Below, one piece after another: positions 47,516-60,735 of a stretch of 64,000 bases of DNA. Location of the stretch: the NCBI GenBank assembly GCA_013265495.1, contig MU062233.1:6478554-6542553 (forward strand). Reading direction: 5' to 3'. The notes under the pieces are model-generated. The model saw nothing but the letters and a program-made list of their open reading frames with translations. It was not told the DNA's origin and searched no databases. The translations under genes and the position numbers were made by a program. The DNA comes from Vicugna vicugna (taxonomy: Eukaryota). Each line of letters opens with the position of its first letter. The first letter of the stretch is position 1.

Positions 47516-50500
47516 CATGAATGTTAAGGTCTCAAAAAATAATGAAGGAAAGGTGGTAGAGAAGAAGACCATGAGCCAGGCACTAGAATATTCTGTGAAT
47601 GAGTGGAATGGCCTGGAGTTATGGTAGATTTCTACAACCCAAAGGGGTGGTGGCCGATTTGGTCTGATGGCATGGCCTTCAAGGGAGATGGAGTTGTAGA
47701 GTGAGGAGGAAGGAGAAAAACCCTAGACATAGCCATCAGGAGCAGGGAGGACCACTCCCCACCTCCAGACTCATTGGTAATGAGGAATGTAGAAGAAACA
47801 GCAACCACAGGAGGAGGCTACAAGGAAGCTATGCTTTGGGCATTAGGGAGGTTTCCGTTAGAGCAGGAAGGTGAAGGGTTGTTCAAAGAGAAGGTTGAGT
47901 ATGTGGGGAGACTTTGCTGACGATCAACTGTAAGTTTCAGAGAGCAAAGTGAAAGGTTTTGGGGGATTGGTCAGATGAGAGGAATTATAGAGCTACATGG
48001 GAGTGAAAGTCTGGTAGAGAAGGAGGTCCAAGATTCTCAGGTTTCTGGTGGTGACTGGGGACACAAGGGGGCAAGGCATGATGGGATTATCCTGATGGTC
48101 TTTCAAGGGAAGGTGGATAAAAGGCCTAATCCTAACCTTCTCCTCCAGCGTGGGCCTTTGGGTGGGATGGGGCAGTGAAGCAGTGATATTGGGGTCAGGG
48201 GAGGGGAAGTCTTGCCAGACACCAACTGTTCAGAGTGGAAAGTGAGGGCAGCATTGGGTACCAGAAGGAAAACTGAGTGGGTGCTCAAGAAGCTGGAATA
48301 TTGTCCCAACCTTTCTTACAAGAAGTTACATAACTTTGGGCAAAATGGGCATCATTTTCCTTACCTATCAAATGGAGAGGAGAGGAGGAGCCTCCCTGCT
48401 CTGTAAATATTGGTCCCTCTCTCCTTTCCCTGACCTCGTGCCTCCTCCCCCTCGGCCTCCCTGCCACAGCCCAGGCTTTATCCTCCCTGAACGCTCAGTT
48501 ATATTAACCACACTCCTGCTGTCAGGATAGCTGGGAGTCAGAGCCAAGGCCTGCCCTCTTCCTCCTCCCTGGCTCCAAAATGCTCCCTGCATTGTCCGGT
48601 GCCACTCAGATTCTCAGCAGCCAAGAGGGTGGGCACACCCTCCCTTGGGCATTGAAGTGAACCTCAGAAATGAGTCAGGAGAGGGAACTTCCCACAGGAC
48701 ATGAGGGACACTCTAGCAGGGACAAGTGACAAAGCCACAGACTGCCATGGAGAGGCTCCCCAGGCCCTCCAGAAGGGAACAAAGCCAGCAGCCATGGCTC
48801 AGGGATGGGCTGTTTACTATCCAGCAACTCCAGGAGCCCGAGGCCTGGCCCAGGGAACCAGCCAGAGCAAGGTTTTGGCCTGGGACTTGATTCGAAGCCC
48901 TGGACTAGAATGTGGGATGGAAGGCGAGGGGGCCCATTCTCATCCAGGAGCCCCGACAGCAAGTGTGTGATCCTCCCTGACCCTGAGCAGGGATGGTACT
49001 AACCACCTTGTTTCCCTCGCTTGTGGGAAAGACAGAACAACAAATGCCAACATCCCCGTAGCACTCACCAAACGTCAGGCATGAAGTAATCCTCACAGCG
49101 ACCCTCTAAATTAGCCTCCACTGTGACTCCCCCTTTAGGGATGAGGTGACAGAGACTTAGAACATCTGAGTAACTCAGCTGAAGTCCCACAGCCAGTAAG
49201 TGACAGAGCGAGGATCTAACCCTCTAAACCACACAGTTTAATCCCCTCAACAACCTGTGAAGCAGGTTATCATTGTCCATGTTACAAATATGTAAATGGG
49301 CTCAGAGTGGTCGAGTTTTTTGCCCAGGGCCGCTGGGCTCACTGGTGGCAGAACCAGCTTTTGGGCCCAGGCTCAACTCCGGAGGCCATCCTCTTCTCTC
49401 GGGGCCACACAGCACCCGGAGCAGGGGGGCGGGCAGCAGCGCGCTGAGGGGTGGGGAGGGTGGGGACTCTTCAGGCTGTCCCGCCCCCGAGGCCTCAGCT
49501 GCGAAAACAAAGCTCTCACAGTCCCAGTCCAGGCAGGGTCTGCAGGGCTGAGGAGGCAGCTGGCCAGATGCCGGCAGGAAGTGTTTTGCTAAGACACATC
49601 CCCACCTCTCCAGAACTCGGGCAGCAATCCCTGCCTCTCCTGAAACTCACCTCGAGCAGGTAGATGCTCTGATGCATAAGGAGAGTGAGACGGGCCCACA
49701 TCTCAGTCTTCTTCGGGACCTATGGCTGATAAATGGCTATTTACATTCCAGCTTCTTTAAGGAATCTCTGGAGACTTGGAAGCCCTTGTCAGCTGGTAAA
49801 GGTTAACCTCACCATTTTTCAGGTTGAATAGCTGAAGGATGGAAGGGTAGATGCCTTCAATGAATTCTTTCTGGTATCTTTTATGTGTAACCTGTGGCAG
49901 GAGGTGGGGACATAGATGCGTCAGGCAGCTACTGCTCTCTAGGAGTCACAGGTTAGGGCTGGGGGGCAGGGGGTGCTGGGCTGCACCCCACAGGCCTGCA
50001 AGCCTTGTAGTTGCCAGTTGCCTAGCTTGAGCCTGAAGAAAGCCCAGAGACAGCGGCAGAGACAACAATGGCTTATTGAATACGGGGAATCTTACACAAA
50101 GTGTCCTGGAGCCACACTCCACTGTCTGCGGCAGATAGCGGTCAGGACATAACAGTAGTCCTCACTGCTCGAGGGAGAGGAGGCTACCATTTATGGAGGT
50201 AGGAATTGACGTCAGGTGGGCTCCTCAGTTACCAGGGAATCATTAAGCCCTATACTTAAGGGGATTGAATAGTCCTGTGTGAAGCAGGGTCTGGTCGGAC
50301 AGGGGATGTCAGAGAGCAAGAGAACAGCCATCTTGAATGACCTGACCATACAGGAGGGATATGCAGGATCCTATGAATGTGCGCTGATGATGGTGAAGCC
50401 ACCACGGCTGGCCGTGTCTTTCCGGGACTTAACACCACTCACACTCAAAGCCTAAGGGTTCCTGCTTCATCTTATGGCCACAGAACCACTCTGCTGCCTA

Positions 50501-50994
50501 TGCCCACCTATAACACATACTATATGTGCTCAGTAAATGTTATTTAGCCTCAGACAGGGCTCAGGAAAGGCTGTGGGGAGAAAGGAGGTGGTGTCTCATA
50601 TGGGCCTTCCTTGAAGGGAATCTGGTTGGTGCAAAGATGCGGGGAGGGGACCTAGGCTGAGAAAACAGCATGAGCAAGGCCACACGGTACATTGTGGGGA
50701 GAGTTCTGTGTGAGATGAGATTAGACCATAACTCGGAGTTCCCAAGTCTTTACTTTCAGGAACCTGGTCACCACATGGTGATTTACATTTCTTGCTCTTG
50801 GGACTTTGACTTTTTTGAGGCTCAGAACCATGTTCTGCTCCACCAGTGTTATCCCTAGCATGGAGCTGCATCTGCCCAGGAAAACCTTTTACAAACTGCC
50901 ACTGAGGCACTAGATAAGCTGACAATGACCCTACGTGATCTGGCTCATCCCACTCATTGCAGTGACCACACCCCATGCTTTAGAGCAAGGATGG

Positions 50995-51139
50995 GGGTCC
51001 AATATGGTAGCACTAGCCAGCTGTGGCTGTCAAGCACTTGAAATGTGGCTAGTGAGACTGGAGACTGCATTGTACATTTTGTCTAATTTTAATTAAACAG
51101 CCACATGTGGCTAGTATTTACTGTGTTGGGCAGTGCAGG
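50995..51139 (+). mobile_element. MER3 (hAT-Charlie)
   Basis: gtccaatatggtagcactagccagctgtggctgtcaagcacttgaaatgtggctagt...cagccacatgtggctagt. Confidence 0.85.
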
Positions 51140-51938
51140 TGTACATTCCTGTCTGGCCATGGACCATCAGCTCCGTAAGAGACCAACTGTGCCTGGTTTT
51201 ACTTACAGACTTCTCCCCAGCACCTACCCAGGGCCTAAACATGATTGGCACTCCCTTAATTAGAAGTTGCCAGATAAATAAATGAGCAAATTCTCCATTT
51301 TCCTCCCTACTCTATAATCTCTTTAAGAGGAGATAGTGTCTTTTTTGTGTATGGGGAAAAAAACCACGTAACGTAAAAGTTTCCATCTCAACCATTTCGC
51401 AGTGTACAGTTCAGTAGTGTTACCCATCGTCACACTGTGGCTCAACAAAAGATTATGTCATTTTGTGTTCTCAGGACCCAGCACAGTGCCTGGCACATAA
51501 GCTTAGTAAACACTGGCTGAAGGACTGGTGAGCACCGTGCTTTTGAGAAGGCCAGAGCGAAGATTCCAGCACCACCTCCTACCCTGGCCCCATACATTCC
51601 CTGAGGCTCTGAGTGAAAGTTCTCTAGCACTGGGTTATAAAGAAGTCGACAATCCACTGGGGTTGGGAATAAAATAAACTTTAAGTTTTTTAAATCTAAA
51701 ATGAAGTTTAATCCACATAATGTAGGGACTGACAGCAGGACATGTACATAATTTATAAACATACGAATATCTGGGGGCACTGCCCCTCAATTTTTTGCCG
51801 ATCAGCTGGAAACCACTTCTCGAGGACCCTGAAATAGACTGATGTTTCTAACTGATGAGCGGAGTCTCTCTCAGCCTCCAGCCACTTTCTTTCCTCAGTT
51901 CAGGGGACCCTTATAAATAGTAATAATAAATAGCAGGT

Positions 51939-52393
51939 TGTAATAGGAGCCTGAGGAAGGCTGCACTAGTCCGAGGGCTGTGGATGCAATAGGGAAGCAC
52001 CTTTCTGTTCCATTACAAGTTCATCACTAAAGAGATGATTGTTGCCCCTAAACTCAAATTATACATAATGGCCCATCTCTGGGTACCCTGCCTCCCAGGT
52101 AACAAGCATTAAGCTAAAATACCTTTGTTTGGCTCACAGGAAACCTCCTGACAAGGCCCCGCCTGTGAATGGCTGCAGGCAGGAAGAAATTAACACGACC
52201 CCTCTAGACTTTACCTCCTCTCCTTTTAGTATAAAAGCAGCCTAAATTCTAACTCCGGGAAGATGATTCTTTAGGACATTCATCTGCCATTGTCTTAGTC
52301 TGCTGGCTTTCTGAATAAAGTCACTATTGCTTGCCCCAACACCTCATCTCTCGACTGACTGGCCTGTCATGTGTGGAGCACTGGCCATCAGCA
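51939..52393 (+). mobile_element. ERV1 (MER4-group/MER34-like) solo LTR
   Basis: TG start, TATAAAA at 52230-52236, AATAAA at 52314-52319, gtctgctggctttctgaataaagtc. Confidence 0.6.
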
Positions 52394-52699
52394 TCTGTGT
52401 GTTTAGTCCTGTCTATTTTTGAGCTCAGAGGAGTCAATACATTTTCAGTCTTAGTCATAAGATTGGGACATCATACCCCAGAAGTGCTCAGAAGGAGTTG
52501 TGAATCAAGTCTGAAGAGAATCCATTTTCTGAACCTCAGTTTTCTATGCTCTCTTTCATAAAAGTGATCTTCCTAAAAAGGCACCTAAGACAAGCCATCC
52601 CCTTTCACACCTGCAAGGAGAGAGGGCTTTATCTCCTACCCACTCTGACCTTCACTGTGGGCACTGCATTGTGGAGTAGGTATGAGAACTCTCAGGGAG

Positions 52700-53668
52700 G
52701 GATAACAAGTCTTTTTGCAGGTCAGGTGGCTTACAATTCTTTGCTTCCAACAAATTAAAGGAGATGCTAATCAAATGGTCAGCAGATCATTAAAAACAAT
52801 ATGATAATAATGATATTAGGCATACACCTTGGAAGAAGTTCAAAGAATTGAATCACATTTCTGTAACAAAACTCATTGGTTTCCATTTATTTACTTACTT
52901 ATGTTAACAATGTCTCTCAATGTTTAAATCTATACAAATAAAACATGGGAAGGAAATAGACGAAGAACTTTCAGTCTAGCAGTAATAGTCATCTACATAT
53001 AGTCATCTACTAATTGGAAAGCAAACCTGCCCCTGCCACCTCATTAAGAAATATATTTCCAATAAAAATTTACTTTTTATGTTTAATAGCTTACATGGCT
53101 ATGATCAATCGAGTACTAATCATTGTGACAACAACTAAAACCATAAAAACAATTGTTAACTAAGGAATTTTTAACTTAAAATTTTTTACTGATATATTAC
53201 TCAATAGAAGATTTTCAGTCATACAAACTATGTCAGGATAAAATCTATAACAGGAGTAGAATAGAAATATAAGCTCGTGGAAGAAAAGGAACAATGTAAA
53301 TTTCCACCTGTTAAAGAATTAGAGTTTGTTTTCCTATTGTTTAAGCAGAGAATGGAGGATATCAAACTGCTACGCTATTTAGATTCCAAAGCCCATTTAA
53401 AAGAGGTTTTAAATTTTTTATTTTAAAATAGTAATACCTATTTTTCTTTCAGTGTTCATAATGACTATAATACATAATCAAATAAAGGCACATGGAAGGT
53501 GAAAAAAAATCAATGTTCAAAAAATGCTAGAAAGGATAGCCTTTGCAACTATTTAAACTTGCGATGAAATTTTTAAATGGCAACGTAAAAACTACAAGAG
53601 GGTATGTAATGTAAAAAAATTCCTTTAGAGGATTTGAAGGTCACACTCTGGGAGTTAAGGATCCAGTG
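52700..53668. mobile_element. AT-rich hAT-Charlie-like autonomous-element remnant
   Basis: Abrupt AT-rich island; the 3' end resembles Charlie termini. No intact ORF. Confidence 0.45.
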
Positions 53669-53779
53669 TTTACAGCGCCTGCCCCCACCCCTAAGGTACC
53701 CATCAGCCTCTGGAAGTGCATCTGTCCTGCTCTGCCTTTACAGGGAATCTTTGATGTGTTCAAAAAAAAAAAAAAAACA

Positions 53780-54260
53780 GTCCACCCGGCCCACTGGGCT
53801 CAGCCCTCAGCCCCTCCCCGCGAGCAGCCCGGAGCCCCACTCTCCCCCTCTGCCCCGCCCGCCCGCCGCCACCTCCTCCCAGCCCTCGCCGGCCTGCCAG
53901 CCGTCCAGCCCCGGAGTAAATAAACCACCGGGCAGGGACCCAGACAATGGGCCTTGGCGAGGAGTTAATGGGCTGGGCCTCTCGCGTTAGCCGAGTGTGA
54001 CCGGAGCTGGCAGGGGGCCTGGCCTGGCGCCAGCATCGATTACGACTAGACGGAGCCAGGGCAGACTTGGCACGGGCGGGCCCCACAGCTGGCAGATTCA
54101 GTCACCCTGGCCACGAGGGCATGAGGCCTGCCCCGGGGGCCGCTGCCACCCGCCAGCGGCCTCCGCTGGCGGCATCACAGCCAGTGGGGAAAGGCCTCCT
54201 GTTGAGCCTCCAGACCCCCGGCCCTGACCTTTGGTGTGCCCCAGGGGATTGTCCCTGATT
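53780..54260. promoter_or_regulatory. Orphan CpG-rich island, putative enhancer or lncRNA promoter
   Basis: Many CpGs and GC boxes, FOX-like GTAAATAAA at 53916-53924; no adjacent coding exon. Confidence 0.55.
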
Positions 54261-55882
54261 GGGCCTCTTCCTGTCCCAGGCTGCTGGAAGGCAACTCTGT
54301 GGCCCCACAGACTGGGGCTGGGAGTGGGGGATGGGACAGAGGATGAGGACTAAAGGAGGCTGCTAAACTTGGCTGGTATCTGTCAGCAGGAAGGGCAGGT
54401 GAAGCAGCCCTCATTTCTGCTCTCCAGATTGGGGCCTGAGCAGACCTTTCTTTTCCTGTCCCTGGAAAACCCTGCAGAGCACCTTGGCTCTCCTCCATCT
54501 CATCAACCCCACCCTGAAGACCTGAAGACTGAGTAGGAGGGGGTGGCAGAGGAGCCAGCCTGAGGGCTCCCTCTTAAGCCTTGCTGCTACGAGCTGTTCA
54601 CGATGCAGTTTACAAGCAGGACTTGGCTGGGTACGAGGGAAATTCTTTGCTTTTTCAAGTTTACTTCTAGCTCTCAGACTCTCCTTGGACGTTCTCCCCT
54701 CGGCAAGGAAGTACAGAATAACCTGTCGTCACTGCACGTGTCTCCATCTCAAGTTGGCTTCTCATCCCATGCCGAGGAGATCCATGGTCTCACAGTCTCG
54801 CTGAGCAAAGATTTTGCTGACTTGGCCTGACGTCAGGGAGACAGATCATTCCTCTGGGCTGAGTCTCCAAATTTTAAGTGATGGTCAGTACATTTCTCCC
54901 CGAAGAGGTCCAGAAAACCCCACGGAGGAGAGAAAACACCTGGCTACGTGCCCAGAGTGACAGTCCCTGCTCCCTGAGGCCATGGGTGGAGAACTGGGAG
55001 GTCAGGTCTTGCGACAGCCTGATCGTCCCACATTCTCTGAGCTGTAGGTGCACAGGTGCGTCCCAGCCCAGGAGGCAGTGATAACCCCGCCCCACCCATT
55101 ACCCAGAGGGGAACGCTGGGACAGGGAGTGAGAGAGGCATTTGAATCAGACCACTGAGAGCAGAGGAAAAGCAGGGAGCTCTCATGCCACCTCGAGTTCT
55201 CCATCCAACCCTCAGTTGCCCTCGCTTTCCTCCTCAAACTCTGGGATCAGAACCTTTACTTTTTCGTAAGCTGTTCTCAGAGGGGGTCTGATATGTGTGA
55301 AGACTGACTAGCTGAGGGTGGGTTGGGCTTAGAGGGTGCGAGAATGTGTGACCTGCTGAATAATGCCAGCTCACACAACACCAGGGACTTGCAGCCTCCA
55401 AACTGTGAAAGACAGATGCAGTGACAAGTAAACTACACTGGTCTGGACTCGGGATGAGAAACACTCAGACATTTTGGACAAAGGGAGGAATTGGGGGAGA
55501 GATGACTTTTCTATAAAAGAAATATGGACATTTGATGGAGAAGTAGAAATACACGCAATTCTTTTTTTTCTACTCCACTTACTTTTTTAGTGTCCTTTGA
55601 GGACCTACAAAAATCACTGAGGTCGTTTAGGAGCATAAAATGTGCTATGCATAACTTGGCTCATAAAATTGTCACCTTTGTTATACGGTTTTAGAGATGA
55701 GGAGTCCTGTTAAAAACGTGTCGTTAATGGAGAGTATTTTTCCCCAATATTTTTTAAAATCAAAAGACTCCTCTGGGAGTTTGAGTTTTCTTCACCCTGC
55801 CCTTCACCGCTACAACGTGGACTCTTCCTTTCGGCGTCTGTTTATATAGGAGCTTGTAGACCATCTGCACTTAACCTTACCG

Positions 55883-56063
55883 CAGGGCCAGACTCATGGG
55901 CGAAGTGACCCAAGCAGCCGCACAGGGCCAGTACGTGCCTAGCATGGCCCTGCACTTGGTTTAATAGTCTGCTGTTGCCATCTTAAAATTCTTCATAATG
56001 TTTTAACGAGGGGCCCGCATTTCCATTTTGTGCTGGGTCCCACAGGTTATGTAGCAGGTTCTG
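55883..56063 (+). mobile_element. MER91-like (hAT-Tip100)
   Basis: cagggccagactcatgggcg...cttggtttaatagtctgctgttgccatcttaaaattctt...ttatgtagcaggttctg, both termini present. Confidence 0.8.
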
Positions 56064-57949
56064 CTCCCACCCCACCAGACCACCTACCTGAGGCTAATGC
56101 TGACCTGCCCGGTTCCGGTCCCTCATTGCTGGCCTCATCAGCACAGTATCTCCCCAGGATCCTAGATGGATCACTTAAACCCTCCTTCCCCGATTCTCTA
56201 CTGTCCCCGGCCAGCTCATCAGCATCTCCATCTTACGCCCCACTTTCCTCTGGCTTTGGGGACGCGGGGCACACCACAGCACCCTGAGCCCATTTCCAGT
56301 CTGGGGTCAGTTCCAGGTTTGCTCCCTACACCAGCTGGTGTGCCCTCGAGAAGCATGCCTCACGCTGAGCGGGAGACCTTCAAAGGAGCCATGCCTTCCT
56401 GGTTGCTGCTGCCTTTGCATCCTGATCCAGTCTGATGGTGTTTTTGCTATTTTCCCGTCAACTTGGTGGGAGAAGTTCAAAGAGACTGTCTTCCTTTCTG
56501 GCTTCCTTTCCAGACGGAGCTGCTTTCTCTCGGAGGCTCCCCTGCCCCACCTCTCTCGAGGAAATCGGTGACTTTCCTCCTCCCTCCCTCACCAAAAAAG
56601 GTTTATTCCTGAGGGTTATCCTGAAAGCAAGTATGTGCCGGGTGCGGGTGGCATCTGAAGCACAAGGGAGGTCAGAGGTCAGCCAACACCCTGACTTGGG
56701 GGTCTTTTTGCCAGACTCTCCTATGGAGTTAGACGCTCAGAGGCTTGGAGAGGGAGAAGCAGGAAAAGAGAGAGCTCCCGGGGCTAGAAGAACATTAGCA
56801 CCTCTAATTAGAGCCTCGGTGTCCTCAGTTCTGAAAGAAGGTGATGGATTTTTCCTGACTTGTTTCTCCTGGACACACTTCCTAGGGGCTGCTGACAAAT
56901 GGGAGTTCACCCCACCTGCTGCCTCCCTGTGGGTGAAGCTCTGCAGGGAAGCTATTCACTGGCAAGAACCTGGTATCCCAGGGGCCTTTGAAGGGGCCTC
57001 TGAACCCAGGATGTATGACAGGCACTCCCGGCCCAATTGGGAGTTTCCCGGTTCTCCCAGGGCATTAGTGTCGCTCAGCACATACTCGATGATTCTAACT
57101 CCCCCAGAAGACCTGGATAGTGCTGAGGGAAGTGTGCAAGCACAGTTGATATGGCGCCTCCATCCCTGCTCTCCCTCCTTCCTCCTCTAACTACTGAAAT
57201 GGGTCAACAGGACCTGGGGGTAGAAACTCCTTGCCTGCTATTTCCATGCCAGACATAACCATTCACCGCAGGAGAGCCTGCCAGGCCCAAGGACAAGCCC
57301 AGGGCTCCATGGCCACCCTTCCAGATCAGCACTGAAGCCAGCCAGACACAAGCTGGGCACCGTCCCCAGACCTGGACACAGGACTAAGTAAGTAGGACTG
57401 TGAGCAGGCCAGGAGGGAAGGTGAAGAGGAGACCCAGAGTCAGCGGGAACACTCTCTGAAAATTTAAATCCCCAACCTGTAGAGGGAACAGGTGTCCAGA
57501 GAGGCTCCAAAGGATAAGCCTTGTGGAGAAGACCCTAACGGCAGAGGAATATCCTTGGGGTGCTGGAGAAAGAGGGGAGGCACCGTGGGGCAGGAGAAGA
57601 GCAGAGGGGCCAATGAGGGAAGTCGGCAATGGCTACTTCTTACCTCTCAAAAGGGAAGAGGAGTAAGGGTGGAAATTTCCACTAAGCAAGACTGTCAAGC
57701 TGCCAGGTAGAAGCGGAAGTGGAAAGAGGCACACAGGGCAAGGAAATCACACCATCAGAATCAAAGTGATTCACTTTGAGCCCAGTGAGAAGAGGAGGGG
57801 AATGGAGTACATGGTGACCTTTTTAGCTGCCTTAGTTAATCATGTGACCCAGCAGTGCCTGGGTCAGAATTAATGAATTAATGCGAATGGACTTGGAATA
57901 AACTTTGTGGCCAGAAATGGTCGGCTGTGCATGAATCGTATGCCTCTCC

Positions 57950-58320
57950 ACAGCATGCGGGTGATGTTGGGAGGCGCCCGCCCAGCCAGGGATTCTATCC
58001 CCCAGTGCTCCGTGCATAAGTGTGGTAGCACATGACTAGTGCCCACTAATGGAAAATGAATGGAGGTGGTGTCTGTCATTTCCAAGCTGATGTCGCTAAG
58101 AAACAGATGTGCCTTCTACTCCTTCACTTTCCCCATCTGTAGTGGCTTTTGAAGTCGGCCAGGTGACAAGCTAGAAGGAGCCTGGGTCCCTGAATCACCC
58201 ACCAAACACCCACGTTAGATAGCTGTGTGAGTGAGAAATAATCTTGTTTTTGTGTTAAGCCTTTGAGATTTGATGGGGAGGGTGAAGGGTCACTATATAA
58301 TATAGCAGTTAGCGTTCCTG
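57950..58320 (+). mobile_element. MLT1 (J/H-like) LTR
   Basis: gaaggagcctgggtccctgaatcacc...gtgagaaataatcttgttttgtgttaagcctttgagattt. Confidence 0.7.
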
Positions 58321-59165
58321 ATATCTCTGACCCAGATGTTGCTCTTAGAGAAAAATTTCCTAAAGAAATCATGAGAAATGCAAAGATTTAGAGAGCCTAC
58401 AATGAGCAAAACCATTAGATGGTTATGATCATAGTGAACACTGCACAGGGCTCTGAAATATGGGACTGTGAAGTGGGCAGCCGAGGAGAGAAAAGAGATG
58501 GGGCAATTGCACGGTGGTAGAAACACTAATAGTTGTGATGGGACCAGTGGAAGAACAGCAGTTGAGAAGAAAATAAGAAAACTGATCAACAAAGTTTGTG
58601 TTTAACAAATGCGTAAACTGAACCACCTGTACAAACATTTTGGAACAGGTTGGGGAAGAGATCCTGGTGTGGAAATCCTTTGTTAATTGCAATCAGAGGG
58701 TAATCAGCATTTTTTCCCTAAGACATTCTTTGACATATTAATAAATTGCTACGGTCTCTTTTATATTTTATATCTAGATTTCTCCAACTCAGGTACCCTA
58801 ACATTAGTGTTTTCATAAATTGGAAGGCTTTTCTTCTCCTTTTCCTAAGTGACCCTTCTCACCATCCTCTCTGGCCCCAAGCAGTGATGGTATTGGCAGA
58901 GTAAGTCCTAATACTGGAAGTTGTGTCTAAAATATGCTATATTTGTAGGCTGCTTATACTTTCAAATTGCTTTCACATACATTTTCACTATTCTGCAAAA
59001 TTGTAATCCCTACTTCAAATGGTGTCTTCCAGACTGGTGACACTCACAGGCACTGGAGGTTTTTAAAGTTCTATCATTTCCTCTTTTTTGTTATAGTAAT
59101 CTCAAATATCGGCAGAAAATGAAAAAAGGGAAAGGAAAAGAAAAAAATTGTTCCCTCTTGGTAAC

Positions 59166-59537
59166 TATGTTAGTGAGGATAGGCTGGGGTATGCTGCAGT
59201 AATAAAGTAACTCTGAAATTCCAGTGGACACAAAAAGACTTCTTTCTTTCTTGTGCTATGTGTTCATTCCAGGTTGGCCAAGGGCCCTGCTCCGCATAGT
59301 CCTCAGGGACCCAGGATGACAGAGGTTACACTGTGTTGTAGCTGCACTACCTGGAACAAGAGGCCACCTCAATCACTGGAACGAAGGAAGAGAGAATAAA
59401 ACATGGCTCACGGGTATTTTCTGCCCCAGACACACAGCATCGCTGCTTATATTTCACTGCTCAGAAATTGTCACATGGCCCCCCTAATATGCAGGACTAA
59501 ACACAGTGTTTAGTGAGCACCACTGTCTCTGCCATAA
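59166..59537 (-). mobile_element. MLT1 (J/K-like) LTR
   Basis: tatgttagtgaggataggctggggtatgctgcagtaa...gtcacatggccccccta...ctctgccata. Confidence 0.7.
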
Positions 59538-60587
59538 TTACTACATCTTCTCCCATCCAGTCTGCCACTTCCTCTCTGGGACTGCCTGTTTTCGGCTTAT
59601 TTTTACGTACGTACGATAATCCAGCTTTCTGAGATTGCACAAGGACGGGGACAGTAAACACGTGCTGTCCTGTCCTCCTCCTGTGCCCAGCAGACAGTGC
59701 TTACTGATCGTGGCACTCTTTTCAGCTTCGTCCAGATGTCGCAACAGAATCCTTCCCAGCACAGGTGGCTGCCAGTTTCTCAGTATTGTCACTAGAGATG
59801 GAACTTACTTGCCATTCCCTGTCTATGGAATTTCACTGACCCCTAGGACACAGAACTGGTTTCCTTGGCTCCACCTCCACTACCTTCTTTGGGGATGGAC
59901 ATGGGACCAATAGATACTGGATCGTTTCTGTTATCTGTACTGTTTACAAATACCTAATCTGGGGCCTCCAATGTTACCAGCAATTTCAGGCTCTGGTCTT
60001 TTCCTTTCAACTTCTACCACTTTGAACAGGGTAAGAACAATCAAAGGAAACTTGACTTCCTTCGCAGCTAACATGGGCTAACACAAAGACTGAAAGAAAA
60101 GAAATCTTTAGGGAAAAACAGAAAGGCAAGTCCCTCTGACCCAGAACTTTGAAATGGATCAGTCCAGACCTCCTCTCCAGAAACCTCTAGAGTTTCACAG
60201 GTCACTCCCCTAAACCAAGAAAGGGAATCTTTCTTTCCTATCTTTAGTGACAGGGAGCAAAGAGAATATCTTTCATTTAAAAAGTTTTCTTTTTAAGGAA
60301 CAAAATGTCTCTTCCTTAAGAGTTAAAAAAAAAGTAGCATCTCAATAAGAAAATCCAGAATGTCCTTCCCCTCAGCCATTAAAACTCTGCTCACCATTTT
60401 CTGTTTCTTGCAGGCTTTATCCTGAGCCCCTGGGGTCTCTGGTAAGAGACACTTTAGAAAATAGAGAAGTTGGGACAGGCTGCTGGCTTCCTTGTGTTTT
60501 TTTTCCTCTAAGCCATTTCCCAAAACTTCTTAAAGTCCTCGCCTTATACAACGTGAAGATTTGTTCTCTTACACCAATAGTCGAGAA

Positions 60588-60735
60588 NNNNNNNNNNNNN
60601 NNNNNNNNNNNNNNNNNNNNNNNNNNNNNNNNNNNNNNNNNNNNNNNNNNNNNNNNNNNNNNNNNNNNNNNNNNNNNNNNNNNNNNNNNNNNNNNNNNNN
60701 NNNNNNNNNNNNNNNNNNNNNNNNNNNNNNNNNNN
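60588..60735. other. Assembly gap (148 N)
   Basis: N run. Confidence 0.99.

Noticed and set aside
56435-57190. 251-aa plus-strand ORF
   Set aside because: No recognisable homology or exon structure; GC-rich chance ORF, although a BLASTP would close the question.
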